Shown here: positions 18,979 to 26,839 of the stretch, in pieces
How the letters are laid out: the number at the start of each line of letters is the position of its first letter
Position numbering within the stretch: position 1 is the stretch's first letter
Assembly: GCA_003568775.1 (NCBI GenBank)
Contig: MWMI01000001.1
Coordinates: forward strand, 90,001-122,000
DNA: 32,000 bases
Direction: 5' to 3'
DNA from: Candidatus Nanoclepta minutus
GTDB taxonomy: Archaea; Nanobdellota; Nanobdellia; Nanobdellales; Nanobdellaceae
Program-made: the position numbers and the translations under genes
Notes under the pieces: model-generated
The model's input: the letters and a program-made list of their open reading frames with translations, nothing else
Databases searched by the model: none
Told to the model about the DNA's origin: nothing

Positions 18979-21650
18979 CGGAAATAACTACAAAGAAGAT
19001 AGGTGGTATCATATATTCTATAGCTAGTCCAGATTTAATTAGGAAGATATCAGCTGTAAAGATCATAGTTCCAGAGTTATACGATGAAGATGGGGCTCCA
19101 GTTAGAGGTGGGCTAATGGATCCGAGGATGGGTGTTATAGAACCTGGACAGGTCTGTGAAACTTGTGGAAAGCCAGCTGGAAGATGTCCAGGTCACTTTG
19201 GTTATATAGAACTTGCAAGACCAGTTATACACATACTTTATGTTTCAACAATAAAGGATCTCCTTTCAGCAGTTTGTCACAATTGTGGAAGGGTAAAGTT
19301 AACTGAAGAAGAAATAAAGAAGATTAAGTCTAGGATAGATAAACTAAGGAAACAGAAGAGATGGTCAAGATTGAGTAAGTTTGTTAAGAAATACGTTTAT
19401 TCTAGAGCTAAGAAGAGATCAACTTGTCCTCATTGTAATTATACTAATCCAAAAATAGAATTTAACAAACCCTATTATTTCTTTATAGAAGAAGGAGGAT
19501 TAAAAAGGAAGATGTATCCATTAGAGATAAGATCTATATTAGAAAAAATTCCAGATGGCGATCTATATGTTCTAGGTTTTCATCCTACTTATTCAAGACC
19601 AGAATGGTTAATACTAACTGTTTTACCTGTTCCCCCAGTTACAGTTAGACCTTCAATCGTCTTAGAAAGTGGTGAGAGGGCAGAAGACGATCTGACTCAC
19701 AAGTTGGTTGATATAGTTAGAACCAATCAGAGATTGAAGGAAGTAATAACGACAGGTGCTCCACAGGTTGTTGTAGAACAGCTTTATGATCTACTTCAAT
19801 ATCATGTTTCTACATATTTCTATAACAACGTAGCTGGACTTCCAAAGGCCATTCATAGATCTGGAAAGCCAATAAAATCTATAGTCGAAAGGTTGATTGG
19901 TAAGGAAGGTATAATAAGGTATAACCTCCTTGGAAAGAGGTTGAATAACAGTGGAAGAGCGGTTATATCTCCTGATACTAAAATAAGGATGAATGAAATT
20001 GGAGTGCCTTATGAAGTAGCCAAAGTATTAACGGTTCCTGAAAGGGTTACAGAATATAATATTGAATGGTTAAGGAAGTTGGTCTTAAACGGTCCAGACA
20101 AATATCCAGGTGCTAATTATGTAGAAAATACAGAAGGGAAGAGGTTAGCGATTACTAACGATAATAAAGAAACTGTAGCATCATTATTAAAACCTGGTTG
20201 GATAGTTGAGAGGCACTTAATGGATGGGGATATAGTTATATTTGGTAGATATCCATCTCTACACAGGATGTCATGGTTCGGACATTATGTTAGGGTTTTA
20301 CCTGGTAAAACCTTTAGGATACATCCAGGTGTTTGTACCCCATATAACGCAGATTTCGATGGGGATGAGATGAACATATATGTTCCACAGACGGAAGAAT
20401 CTAGAGCGGAGGCTATCTTACTGATGGAGCTCTCAAATCATATGATAACTCCGAGATATGGTGAATTGATTATGGGGGGAATACAGGAGGTAGTTACTGG
20501 TATATACCTCTTAACTCAGGATGATACTAAGATACCAATAAATCAAGCTGTAGATATTGTTTATAAATCTAATGCTGATGAAGAAGGACTGGAGAGGTTA
20601 GAAGACTTTATAAATAGGGCAAAAAGTGAGGGAAGAGATTACTTGACTGGAAAGGAAGTATTTTCAGTATTTCTGCCAAAAGATTTGAGTTTGACCATTA
20701 AAGATGTAAAGATAGTTAATGGAGAACTTAAGGAAGGTGTGATTTCATCAGAGATGATAAAATCTGAGAAAGGAAAGTTGTTCCTATACATTTATAACTA
20801 TTATGGAAAGGAGAAGGCACTAAAAGTTATAGAAAGAATATTCCTTTTGGGTATATGCTATCAATATTTGCATGGAATAACATGTGGAATAGGAGATTTC
20901 GATATTCCAAAAGAGGCAAAAGAAGAAATAGATAGAATAATAGAGGAGGCTAAGAAAGAAATTGATGTTCTGTATGAAAAATATAAGAAAGGAGAATTAG
21001 AGGGAGTAGTTGGAAGATCTTTAAGGGACGTCTATGTTGACCTATCACAGAAGAAGATAGCAGATGCATTGACTGCTGCAGGTTCATTGTTAATAAAGAA
21101 ATACATTAGGAAGGATACAGGTACTTATATTATGGCTTATACCGGTGCTAGAGGTAAATTGACTGATGTTTATCAAATATTGGGTTTCTTAGGACAGCAG
21201 GCATTTAGGGGAGGATTAGTGGAGTTTGGATATTCGGGAAGGAACTTATCGATATTCAAAAAAGGTTATGATCATCCTATAGTTAAGGGTTGGGTTACTT
21301 CAAACTTTTCTAAAGGTTTAAAACCTTGGGAAATGTTCTTCCACGCAATACCAGGTAGGGATGCCCTAATGGATGTAGCTATAAGAACATCGAAGTCAGG
21401 ATACTTGTATAGAAGACTATCTCACTCCATCTATGAACTAATTGCGTTTGATGATTTAACTGTGAGGGATTCCAAGGGAAGGATTATACAGTTCATTTAT
21501 GGAGGAGATGGAATGTTTCCACAAAAAACAGAAAGCGGTACTTTGGATTTAGAGTTCATAGTAAATGAAGTTTTAAAAGGCTTAAGTGATAAAAAAGATA
21601 AAGATGGATCTTCCAAAAAAACTAAGAGAACTGGTAGAAGAAAAAAGTAA
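18975..21650 (+). CDS. rpoA1: RNA polymerase subunit A' (Rpo1N)
   Basis: Zinc sites CETCG...CPGHFG and CHNCG...CPHC. The catalytic NADFDGDEMN is present, followed by PSLHRMS. It ends in a basic tail, KKDKDGSSKKTKRTGRRKK. Confidence 0.95.
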   Translation: MTEITTKKIGGIIYSIASPDLIRKISAVKIIVPELYDEDGAPVRGGLMDPRMGVIEPGQVCETCGKPAGRCPGHFGYIELARPVIHILYVSTIKDLLSAVCHNCGRVKLTEEEIKKIKSRIDKLRKQKRWSRLSKFVKKYVYSRAKKRSTCPHCNYTNPKIEFNKPYYFFIEEGGLKRKMYPLEIRSILEKIPDGDLYVLGFHPTYSRPEWLILTVLPVPPVTVRPSIVLESGERAEDDLTHKLVDIVRTNQRLKEVITTGAPQVVVEQLYDLLQYHVSTYFYNNVAGLPKAIHRSGKPIKSIVERLIGKEGIIRYNLLGKRLNNSGRAVISPDTKIRMNEIGVPYEVAKVLTVPERVTEYNIEWLRKLVLNGPDKYPGANYVENTEGKRLAITNDNKETVASLLKPGWIVERHLMDGDIVIFGRYPSLHRMSWFGHYVRVLPGKTFRIHPGVCTPYNADFDGDEMNIYVPQTEESRAEAILLMELSNHMITPRYGELIMGGIQEVVTGIYLLTQDDTKIPINQAVDIVYKSNADEEGLERLEDFINRAKSEGRDYLTGKEVFSVFLPKDLSLTIKDVKIVNGELKEGVISSEMIKSEKGKLFLYIYNYYGKEKALKVIERIFLLGICYQYLHGITCGIGDFDIPKEAKEEIDRIIEEAKKEIDVLYEKYKKGELEGVVGRSLRDVYVDLSQKKIADALTAAGSLLIKKYIRKDTGTYIMAYTGARGKLTDVYQILGFLGQQAFRGGLVEFGYSGRNLSIFKKGYDHPIVKGWVTSNFSKGLKPWEMFFHAIPGRDALMDVAIRTSKSGYLYRRLSHSIYELIAFDDLTVRDSKGRIIQFIYGGDGMFPQKTESGTLDLEFIVNEVLKGLSDKKDKDGSSKKTKRTGRRKK

Positions 21651-22707
21651 ATCCCTCCCAGAAGATTTAAGGGATAAATTTGTTGAAAAAGTAAGAGAAG
21701 AATATGAAAGAAGGTTAGTAGAAGCTGGGGAGCCTGTAGGACTGGTTGCTGCACAGTCTATTTCAGAACCTACTACTCAGTTAGTCCTAAAGTCATTCCA
21801 CTATGTAGGTATGAGGGAATTTCAGGTTGCTTTGGGACTGCCAAGGTTGCTCGAGATAACTGATGCTAGAAAGAGGATTAAGGAAAAATACATGAAGATA
21901 CATCTCTTAGATGAGTATAAGAATAATAGAGAAATAGCTGAAAAAGTTGCTAGAAAGATTGTTGAGACTAGGGTTGAAGATATAATGGAGAAAATGGAAT
22001 TTGATATCCTTGATAATAGTATAGCTATATATTTAGACAAGAAATATCTAGAAAAAATAGGACTAACCTTTGAAGGGGTATATAATATTTTAAAGAGGAG
22101 GTTGAAGAAATTCGAAGTTGAGAAGAAAGGTAATAAGATCATAATAACTGCAAAGAACCTAAAGCCAAAAGAGCTATATATATTAAAGGAAAACATAAAA
22201 AAGATCCAAATATCTGGAATAAGAGGAATAAGACAAGTTCATTTGCAGAAGGAAGGAGAAGAGTGGGTTATTTATACTAATGGAAGTAATTTAAGGGAAG
22301 TTATGAGGATACCGGAGATAGATTATAGGAAGGTCTTTACGAATGATATTCATGAAATTGCAAAGGTTCTTGGTATAGAAGCTGCCAGGAGGGTAATATT
22401 AGAAGAGATGATAAAGATATTCGAGACTTATGGATTAAGGATAGATTATAGACATTTCTCAATAGTTGCAGATGTTCTAACATGGTATGGAGAGTTTATG
22501 GGCATAACTAGATATGGAGTTATAGCTGAAAAAGCTTCTACATTGTCAAGAGCAGCTTTTGAGATACCGATCAAGAACTTTATCAACTCGGCTATGCTTG
22601 GACTGGAGGACGATGTATCTTCAGTTATAGACAACTTGTTAGTTAATCAGATCATTCCGCTAGGAACCGGTGTGTTTGAGGTCTATTATAAGAGGAGAGA
22701 AAAATAA
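21604..22707 (+). CDS. rpoA2: RNA polymerase subunit A'' (Rpo1C)
   Basis: GEPVGLVAAQSISEPTTQ...FHYVG is the trigger-loop region, and there are C-terminal conserved blocks. The start is ATG at 21604 (MDLPKK) or GTG at 21586 (track). Either start overlaps rpoA1. Confidence 0.9.
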   Translation: MDLPKKLRELVEEKSKSLPEDLRDKFVEKVREEYERRLVEAGEPVGLVAAQSISEPTTQLVLKSFHYVGMREFQVALGLPRLLEITDARKRIKEKYMKIHLLDEYKNNREIAEKVARKIVETRVEDIMEKMEFDILDNSIAIYLDKKYLEKIGLTFEGVYNILKRRLKKFEVEKKGNKIIITAKNLKPKELYILKENIKKIQISGIRGIRQVHLQKEGEEWVIYTNGSNLREVMRIPEIDYRKVFTNDIHEIAKVLGIEAARRVILEEMIKIFETYGLRIDYRHFSIVADVLTWYGEFMGITRYGVIAEKASTLSRAAFEIPIKNFINSAMLGLEDDVSSVIDNLLVNQIIPLGTGVFEVYYKRREK

Positions 22708-22732
22708 AAAACCTATTGCTAATTATAAGTAA

Positions 22733-22993
22733 ATGGACATAGTAAATGAAATAAAATCCTATAGCGAGGATAAAATAGTATTGGGTAGTAAAAGAACTAT
22801 AAAATACTTAAAGTTGGGTAAGATTTCAAAGGTTTATGTAGCTAATAATGTTCCTGAAGAGGTTTTGGAAGATTTAAAGTACTATGCTAGTTTATCGAAT
22901 ATAGAGGTTAAGGAGACTAACTTATCGAACGTAGAGATAGGTATAGTTCTAAAAAAGCCATTTAAAGTTTCCGTTATTGGTATATTAAAATAA
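22733..22993 (+). CDS. rpl30e: Ribosomal protein L30e
   Basis: [24 protein letters not shown]...[12 protein letters not shown]...[10 protein letters not shown] fits the L30e pattern. The position after rpoA2 is canonical. Confidence 0.85.
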   Translation: MDIVNEIKSYSEDKIVLGSKRTIKYLKLGKISKVYVANNVPEEVLEDLKYYASLSNIEVKETNLSNVEIGIVLKKPFKVSVIGILK

Positions 22994-23421
22994 TGGTTAA
23001 TGGTCTATTTGCTGCTAGGAAATTAAGGCTGGATAGAAAGAGGTTTAGATGGTCTAAAAAGGAATGGAAGAGAAGAGTGTTGAAGTTAAAAGAGAAGTAT
23101 GATCCCCTAGAAGGGGCACCGATGGCTACAGGAATCGTATTGGAAAAGGTATCTATAGAGAAGAGACAGCCATATTCTGGTATGAACAAATGTGTGAGAG
23201 TTCAGCTGAAGAAGAATGGAAAGATAGTAACAGCCTTTGCACCAGGAGATAAAGCTATTAAATACATTGATGAGCATGATGAAGTTTTAATAGTTGGTAT
23301 AGGTGGACCAAAGGGAAGAGCAATAGGTTCCATTCCTGGAGTGAGGTATAAGGTAGTATTAGTTAATGGACAACCATTAGAGTTACTTAGGATAGGAAAG
23401 ATAGAAAAAGCCAGGAGATAA
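22993..23421 (+). CDS. rps12: Ribosomal protein S12 (uS12) with atypical decoding-loop residues
   Basis: GIVLEKV...[17 protein letters not shown]...[12 protein letters not shown]...IPGVRYKVV aligns unambiguously to archaeal/eukaryal uS12. The start overlaps the L30e stop (TAATG). Confidence 0.95.
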   Translation: MVNGLFAARKLRLDRKRFRWSKKEWKRRVLKLKEKYDPLEGAPMATGIVLEKVSIEKRQPYSGMNKCVRVQLKKNGKIVTAFAPGDKAIKYIDEHDEVLIVGIGGPKGRAIGSIPGVRYKVVLVNGQPLELLRIGKIEKARR

Positions 23422-23428
23422 TCTTAAA

Positions 23429-23441
23429 TTTTTCAACTTTT
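23429..23441 (+). terminator. Possible oligo-T terminator after rps12
   Basis: A T5 run (23429-23433) and a T4 run (23438-23441) lie just after the S12 stop. Archaeal terminators are typically T-tracts. The signal is weak in an AT-rich genome. Confidence 0.25.
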
Positions 23442-23458
23442 CAGTAACAAATAGATAA

Positions 23459-23470
23459 TATAAAATAAAA
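23459..23470 (+). promoter_or_regulatory. TATA-like box for the membrane gene inserted in the str cluster
   Basis: TATAAAATAAAA is centred about 26-31 nt upstream of the ATG at 23493. Confidence 0.35.
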
Positions 23471-23492
23471 AGTTTTAGTTATAATCAATATA

Positions 23493-24257
23493 ATGGATGT
23501 AGACATAGCTCTTTTTACAGCTTTAGGCCAGTTTATCCTTTGGATCGTAGTAGGTACAGTACTAGGATGGATAGTAGGAAAGCTCGTTAATCTGTTATTG
23601 GACAGGACAGTAGAGAAGGTATTGGATAAGACAGGAATAGGAAAGAAGCTTAGGGAAGTAGGACTAGATTTCTCAGATGCAATAGGACTGTTTACTGGCG
23701 TAGTAATATTGTTGCTTTTCTTACAGTTGGCAGTATCCTATTTGCCATATATAGGAGGATTATGGCAATTAGTAATAAACGGAATAGCTTATTTGACTAA
23801 CGTAGTAGTTGCCGTAGCTTTCGTTACAGTAGGACTATTATTTGTAGTTCTATTTGCAGATTATGTAGAAGGATTTGTATCTAGATATAGGGAAGACGTT
23901 GCTAAGCTATTTAAGATGGTATTATCTATAGGATTACTCTGGGCTGTACTATCGTTTGCCCTATATCTATTGAACTTACAATACACAATATTCCAAGATC
24001 TATTAACGGGATTCGTTGTACTATCCGTAGCAGCAGTTGTTATAGATTCTGTAATGTCTAAGATTGAAGAAGATATAGAAATAAAACCAATATTAACCTA
24101 CTATCTATACGGTATCTTCGTATTGATAGCAGTAAATGCAATATTCTATAACTGGGTACCAACGAATGTAATAAACGTATTTGCCTATGGTTTCGCAGGA
24201 ATGTTCATACTAGCATTATTGCCGGCTGTAATAAAGGCTATAAAGGAGGTAATATAA
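23493..24257 (+). CDS. Hypothetical polytopic membrane protein (254 aa) located between rps12 and rps7
   Basis: Long ORF with about 6 hydrophobic segments. The N-terminal FILWIVVGTVLGWIVGKLVNLLLDRTVEKVLDKTGIGKKL resembles the 'conserved TM helix' unit often found N-terminal to mechanosensitive-channel-like proteins; that is a recollection, not a search result. The V/L/G/A-rich composition differs from the I/F/S/K-rich membrane ORFs elsewhere in the window. Confidence 0.6.
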   Translation: MDVDIALFTALGQFILWIVVGTVLGWIVGKLVNLLLDRTVEKVLDKTGIGKKLREVGLDFSDAIGLFTGVVILLLFLQLAVSYLPYIGGLWQLVINGIAYLTNVVVAVAFVTVGLLFVVLFADYVEGFVSRYREDVAKLFKMVLSIGLLWAVLSFALYLLNLQYTIFQDLLTGFVVLSVAAVVIDSVMSKIEEDIEIKPILTYYLYGIFVLIAVNAIFYNWVPTNVINVFAYGFAGMFILALLPAVIKAIKEVI

Positions 24258-24259
24258 AC

Positions 24260-24267
24260 TTTAAATT
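24260..24267 (+). promoter_or_regulatory. TATA-like box for rps7
   Basis: TTTAAATT is centred about 26 nt upstream of the rps7 ATG (24289). It is immediately followed by a T8 run (24266-24273) that could also terminate the upstream gene. Confidence 0.4.
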
Positions 24268-24288
24268 TTTTTTATATTTTCTTTCTAA

Positions 24289-24891
24289 ATGAGGGATCTC
24301 AAAGATCTAAAGTTTTTTGGGAGATGGAGGTATGAAATCGAACTAGAAGATGAAAGTTTAATGAAAGCAATGAATACTAAACCATACATTATACCAAAAG
24401 CTGCAGGTAGGTACCAGAAGAAGAGGTTTGGAAGCTTTAACATTCCTATAATAGATAGGTTAATAGGAAGGTTGATGACCCCAGGACACTTTGGTAGAAA
24501 ACATAAGTTCACTTCTTATAGGGCATCTGGAAAATACTATAAATGCCTAAACATAGTAATAAAGGCATTTGAGATAATTGAAAAGGAAACTGGAGAAAAT
24601 CCAATAAAGGTTTTCTCTAAGGCGATAGAGAATGCCGCTCCTAGAGAAGAAATTACAACTATCGAAATGGGTGGAGCAAGGTATCCAAAAGCTGTTGATA
24701 TCTCTCCAAAGAGGAGGGTTGATATTGCAATAAGACATATAGTCTGGGGGGCATATCATAAATCTAGAAATAAGGGAAAAATGTATGAGGCATTAGCAAA
24801 AGAAATAATTGCAGCTTATAAGAATTCTATAGATTCTTATGCTATTTCTAAAAAGTTAGAACTAGAGAGGTTGGCATCCTCTTCTAGGTAA
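24289..24891 (+). CDS. rps7: Ribosomal protein S7 (uS7)
   Basis: KFFGRW...PKAAGRYQKKRF...IIDRLIGRLM...NPIKVFSKAIENAAPREE...GGARYPKAVDISPKRRVDIAIR aligns to archaeal uS7. Confidence 0.95.
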   Translation: MRDLKDLKFFGRWRYEIELEDESLMKAMNTKPYIIPKAAGRYQKKRFGSFNIPIIDRLIGRLMTPGHFGRKHKFTSYRASGKYYKCLNIVIKAFEIIEKETGENPIKVFSKAIENAAPREEITTIEMGGARYPKAVDISPKRRVDIAIRHIVWGAYHKSRNKGKMYEALAKEIIAAYKNSIDSYAISKKLELERLASSSR

Positions 24892-25760
24892 TGAGGAAGC
24901 CTATAGCAAGAGGTTTTTATTTTTTTGATAGGGATCTGCTAATTAAACAGATAGAAGATTGTTTTTTAGATGAATTTGGTCCAGGTTATATACCAAAAGA
25001 AAGGAAGAAAAATAGAAGTTTAATTGCAGGGATTGTACCTCATGCAGGTTATAGTTTTTCTGGGCCAGCTGCAGCCTTTTTATATAAAGAGCTGTATGAG
25101 AATTGGGATTTCGATACGATAGTTATATTAGGAACGAACCATACAGGATTGGGAAGCTACTATTCTATGCTTGTCTCTGAGGATTGGGAAACACCTTTAG
25201 GTGTTATAAAGACGGATAAGGAGTTTGGAATGAAATTAATTGAAGAGTTCGATATATATGAGGAAAAGGAAGCACATTTTTATGAGCACTCTATAGAAGT
25301 CCAGCTACCTTTCCTCTATTATTTGTTTGATGGATCTTTTAGGCTGGTTCCTATAGTTATCTCTGATCTAAATCTAGAGAGGGTTAGAAGATTCGTCAAA
25401 ACCTTAAGGGATGTATCTAATGAATTGGGGAGGAAGGTTTTTCTCATATCCTCATCGGATCTTACACACCATGGATCCTATTATGGCTATAAGAAGTTTG
25501 ATACAGATATTCCAGAGAAGGTAAGGGAATTGGATATGAAATATATAGATAGGATAATTAATCTAGATTCTGAAGGACTTTTGGATTTGTTTGAAAGGGA
25601 AAATGGAACAGTTTGTGGAATATCCCCAATTATAGCCTTTATAGAATATACTAAGCTAGAAAAAGGGAAGGTTGAGCTGTTAAAATATTATAATTCTGGA
25701 GAAAAAACTGGAGAAGAGGATTTTGTAGTAGGTTACGCTTCTATTTTATCTTTTATTTAA
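24891..25760 (+). CDS. Memo1-family protein (AmmeMemoRadiSam system protein B type)
   Basis: GIVPHAGYSFSGPAAA, HSIEVQLPFL and SSSDLTHHG are Memo-family motifs. The start overlaps the rps7 stop (TAATG). Confidence 0.85.
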   Translation: MRKPIARGFYFFDRDLLIKQIEDCFLDEFGPGYIPKERKKNRSLIAGIVPHAGYSFSGPAAAFLYKELYENWDFDTIVILGTNHTGLGSYYSMLVSEDWETPLGVIKTDKEFGMKLIEEFDIYEEKEAHFYEHSIEVQLPFLYYLFDGSFRLVPIVISDLNLERVRRFVKTLRDVSNELGRKVFLISSSDLTHHGSYYGYKKFDTDIPEKVRELDMKYIDRIINLDSEGLLDLFERENGTVCGISPIIAFIEYTKLEKGKVELLKYYNSGEKTGEEDFVVGYASILSFI

Positions 25761-26352
25761 GTTTTATTTCTATTACTTCCCCTTCTGGTTCTATTTCTTG
25801 GAATATTTGGCTAGTAAATCTATAGATCTTGATAGGCAACTTTATCCAGGAATCAGGTGGTAACCCTGCCTTCAAACACGTATAACTTAAGAAAGTATAT
25901 TCATCCCAATTATTTTCTACTGCAACTTCCGGTAGTAGCAATCCACTATAAATTCCATACTGTACTATTATTCCATGTTTTCCTATCTCTATATGCTTTG
26001 GATAATCTTCCGGATTTTCTACTTTTATTATTTCAGGTTCTGATAGTATGTTTATTTCTATAGCACATTCGTTTAATTCTTCTATTTTCATTGGCTCAAA
26101 CCTAGGATCCTCCGTAGCTGCGGATATTGATGATAGAACTAGTGCCTTCCATAGGGGATATATGGGGAAAGGGAAGCCTATACATCCTCTCAAATCTTTT
26201 GTTCTAAAGTTCTTTATTGTAGTAAATACACCCCTTTTTTCTTCATATTTCTTTATTTCTTCGGGAAATATTATTTCTTTCGTTTCTAAATAGTGTTTAA
26301 TTACCTTTCTTGATGTTTTTACGAACATTTCCCCTTCTTTTAAACTGTACAT
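25753..26352 (-). CDS. AMMECR1-family protein (AmmeMemoRadiSam system protein A type)
   Basis: LRGCIGFPFP...AATEDPRFEP is the AMMECR1 signature. Its 3' end overlaps the Memo gene by 8 nt in convergent orientation. Confidence 0.9.
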   Translation of the reverse strand: MYSLKEGEMFVKTSRKVIKHYLETKEIIFPEEIKKYEEKRGVFTTIKNFRTKDLRGCIGFPFPIYPLWKALVLSSISAATEDPRFEPMKIEELNECAIEINILSEPEIIKVENPEDYPKHIEIGKHGIIVQYGIYSGLLLPEVAVENNWDEYTFLSYTCLKAGLPPDSWIKLPIKIYRFTSQIFQEIEPEGEVIEIKLK

Positions 26353-26354
26353 TA

Positions 26355-26381
26355 TTTTTAAATGTTAAAATCATTTATAAA
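26355..26381. promoter_or_regulatory. Crossed pair of TATA-like boxes in the 31-bp AMMECR1/hsp20 spacer
   Basis: TTTTTAAAT (26355-26363) lies about 25 nt upstream of the hsp20 ATG at 26384. The palindromic TTTATAAA (26374-26381) lies about 25 nt upstream of the minus-strand AMMECR1 ATG at 26352. Confidence 0.4.
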
Positions 26382-26383
26382 GT

Positions 26384-26836
26384 ATGGTGTGGATAAGGAA
26401 GAAGAGGAGACCTTTCGATATAGATATGGAAGATATATTCGATTACATAGATTACCAGATATGGAATGCTTTTGAGTCTATTAGGAGGGGTATGAGTGGA
26501 ATTAGGCCATTTAGATGGGGATTCAGTGGTTATGAACTAGTAGATGAAGGGGATAAGTACGTAATAGAGATGGAATTACCTGGGGTAGATAAAAAAGATA
26601 TAGAAGTTAATGTTAGGGATCATCTACTAGAAATAGTTATAAAGAAGAAGGAGAAGATGGAGAAGGAGGAAGAAGGCTATTATATAAGTAAGAGGTATTA
26701 TTCTGGCTTTAGGGAGGTAATTACTTTACCTGCTGATGCAGATGAAAATAAGATAAAGGCTAAATATAATAATGGGATTTTGAGAATAGAGATAGATAAA
26801 AAAATATCTAAAGGAAAGAAGATAGATTTGGAGTAA
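26384..26836 (+). CDS. hsp20: Small heat shock protein (Hsp20 / alpha-crystallin family)
   Basis: IEMELPGVDKKDIEVNV...LEIV... and AKYNNGILRIEI are canonical alpha-crystallin domain strands. Confidence 0.9.
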   Translation: MVWIRKKRRPFDIDMEDIFDYIDYQIWNAFESIRRGMSGIRPFRWGFSGYELVDEGDKYVIEMELPGVDKKDIEVNVRDHLLEIVIKKKEKMEKEEEGYYISKRYYSGFREVITLPADADENKIKAKYNNGILRIEIDKKISKGKKIDLE

Positions 26837-26839
26837 TTA

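Noticed and set aside
21497-23189. Minus-strand ORFs 21497-21754, 21822-22196, 22446-22634 and 22974-23189, opposite rpoA', rpoA'', L30e and S12
   Set aside because: They give low-complexity antisense translations, and the sense strand is unambiguously coding.
24285-24759. Minus-strand ORFs 24285-24512 and 24547-24759, opposite rps7
   Set aside because: They are shadow ORFs opposite a conserved ribosomal protein gene.
25857-26293. Plus-strand ORFs 25857-26063 and 26048-26293, opposite AMMECR1
   Set aside because: They are shadow ORFs; the minus strand carries the LRGCIG signature.
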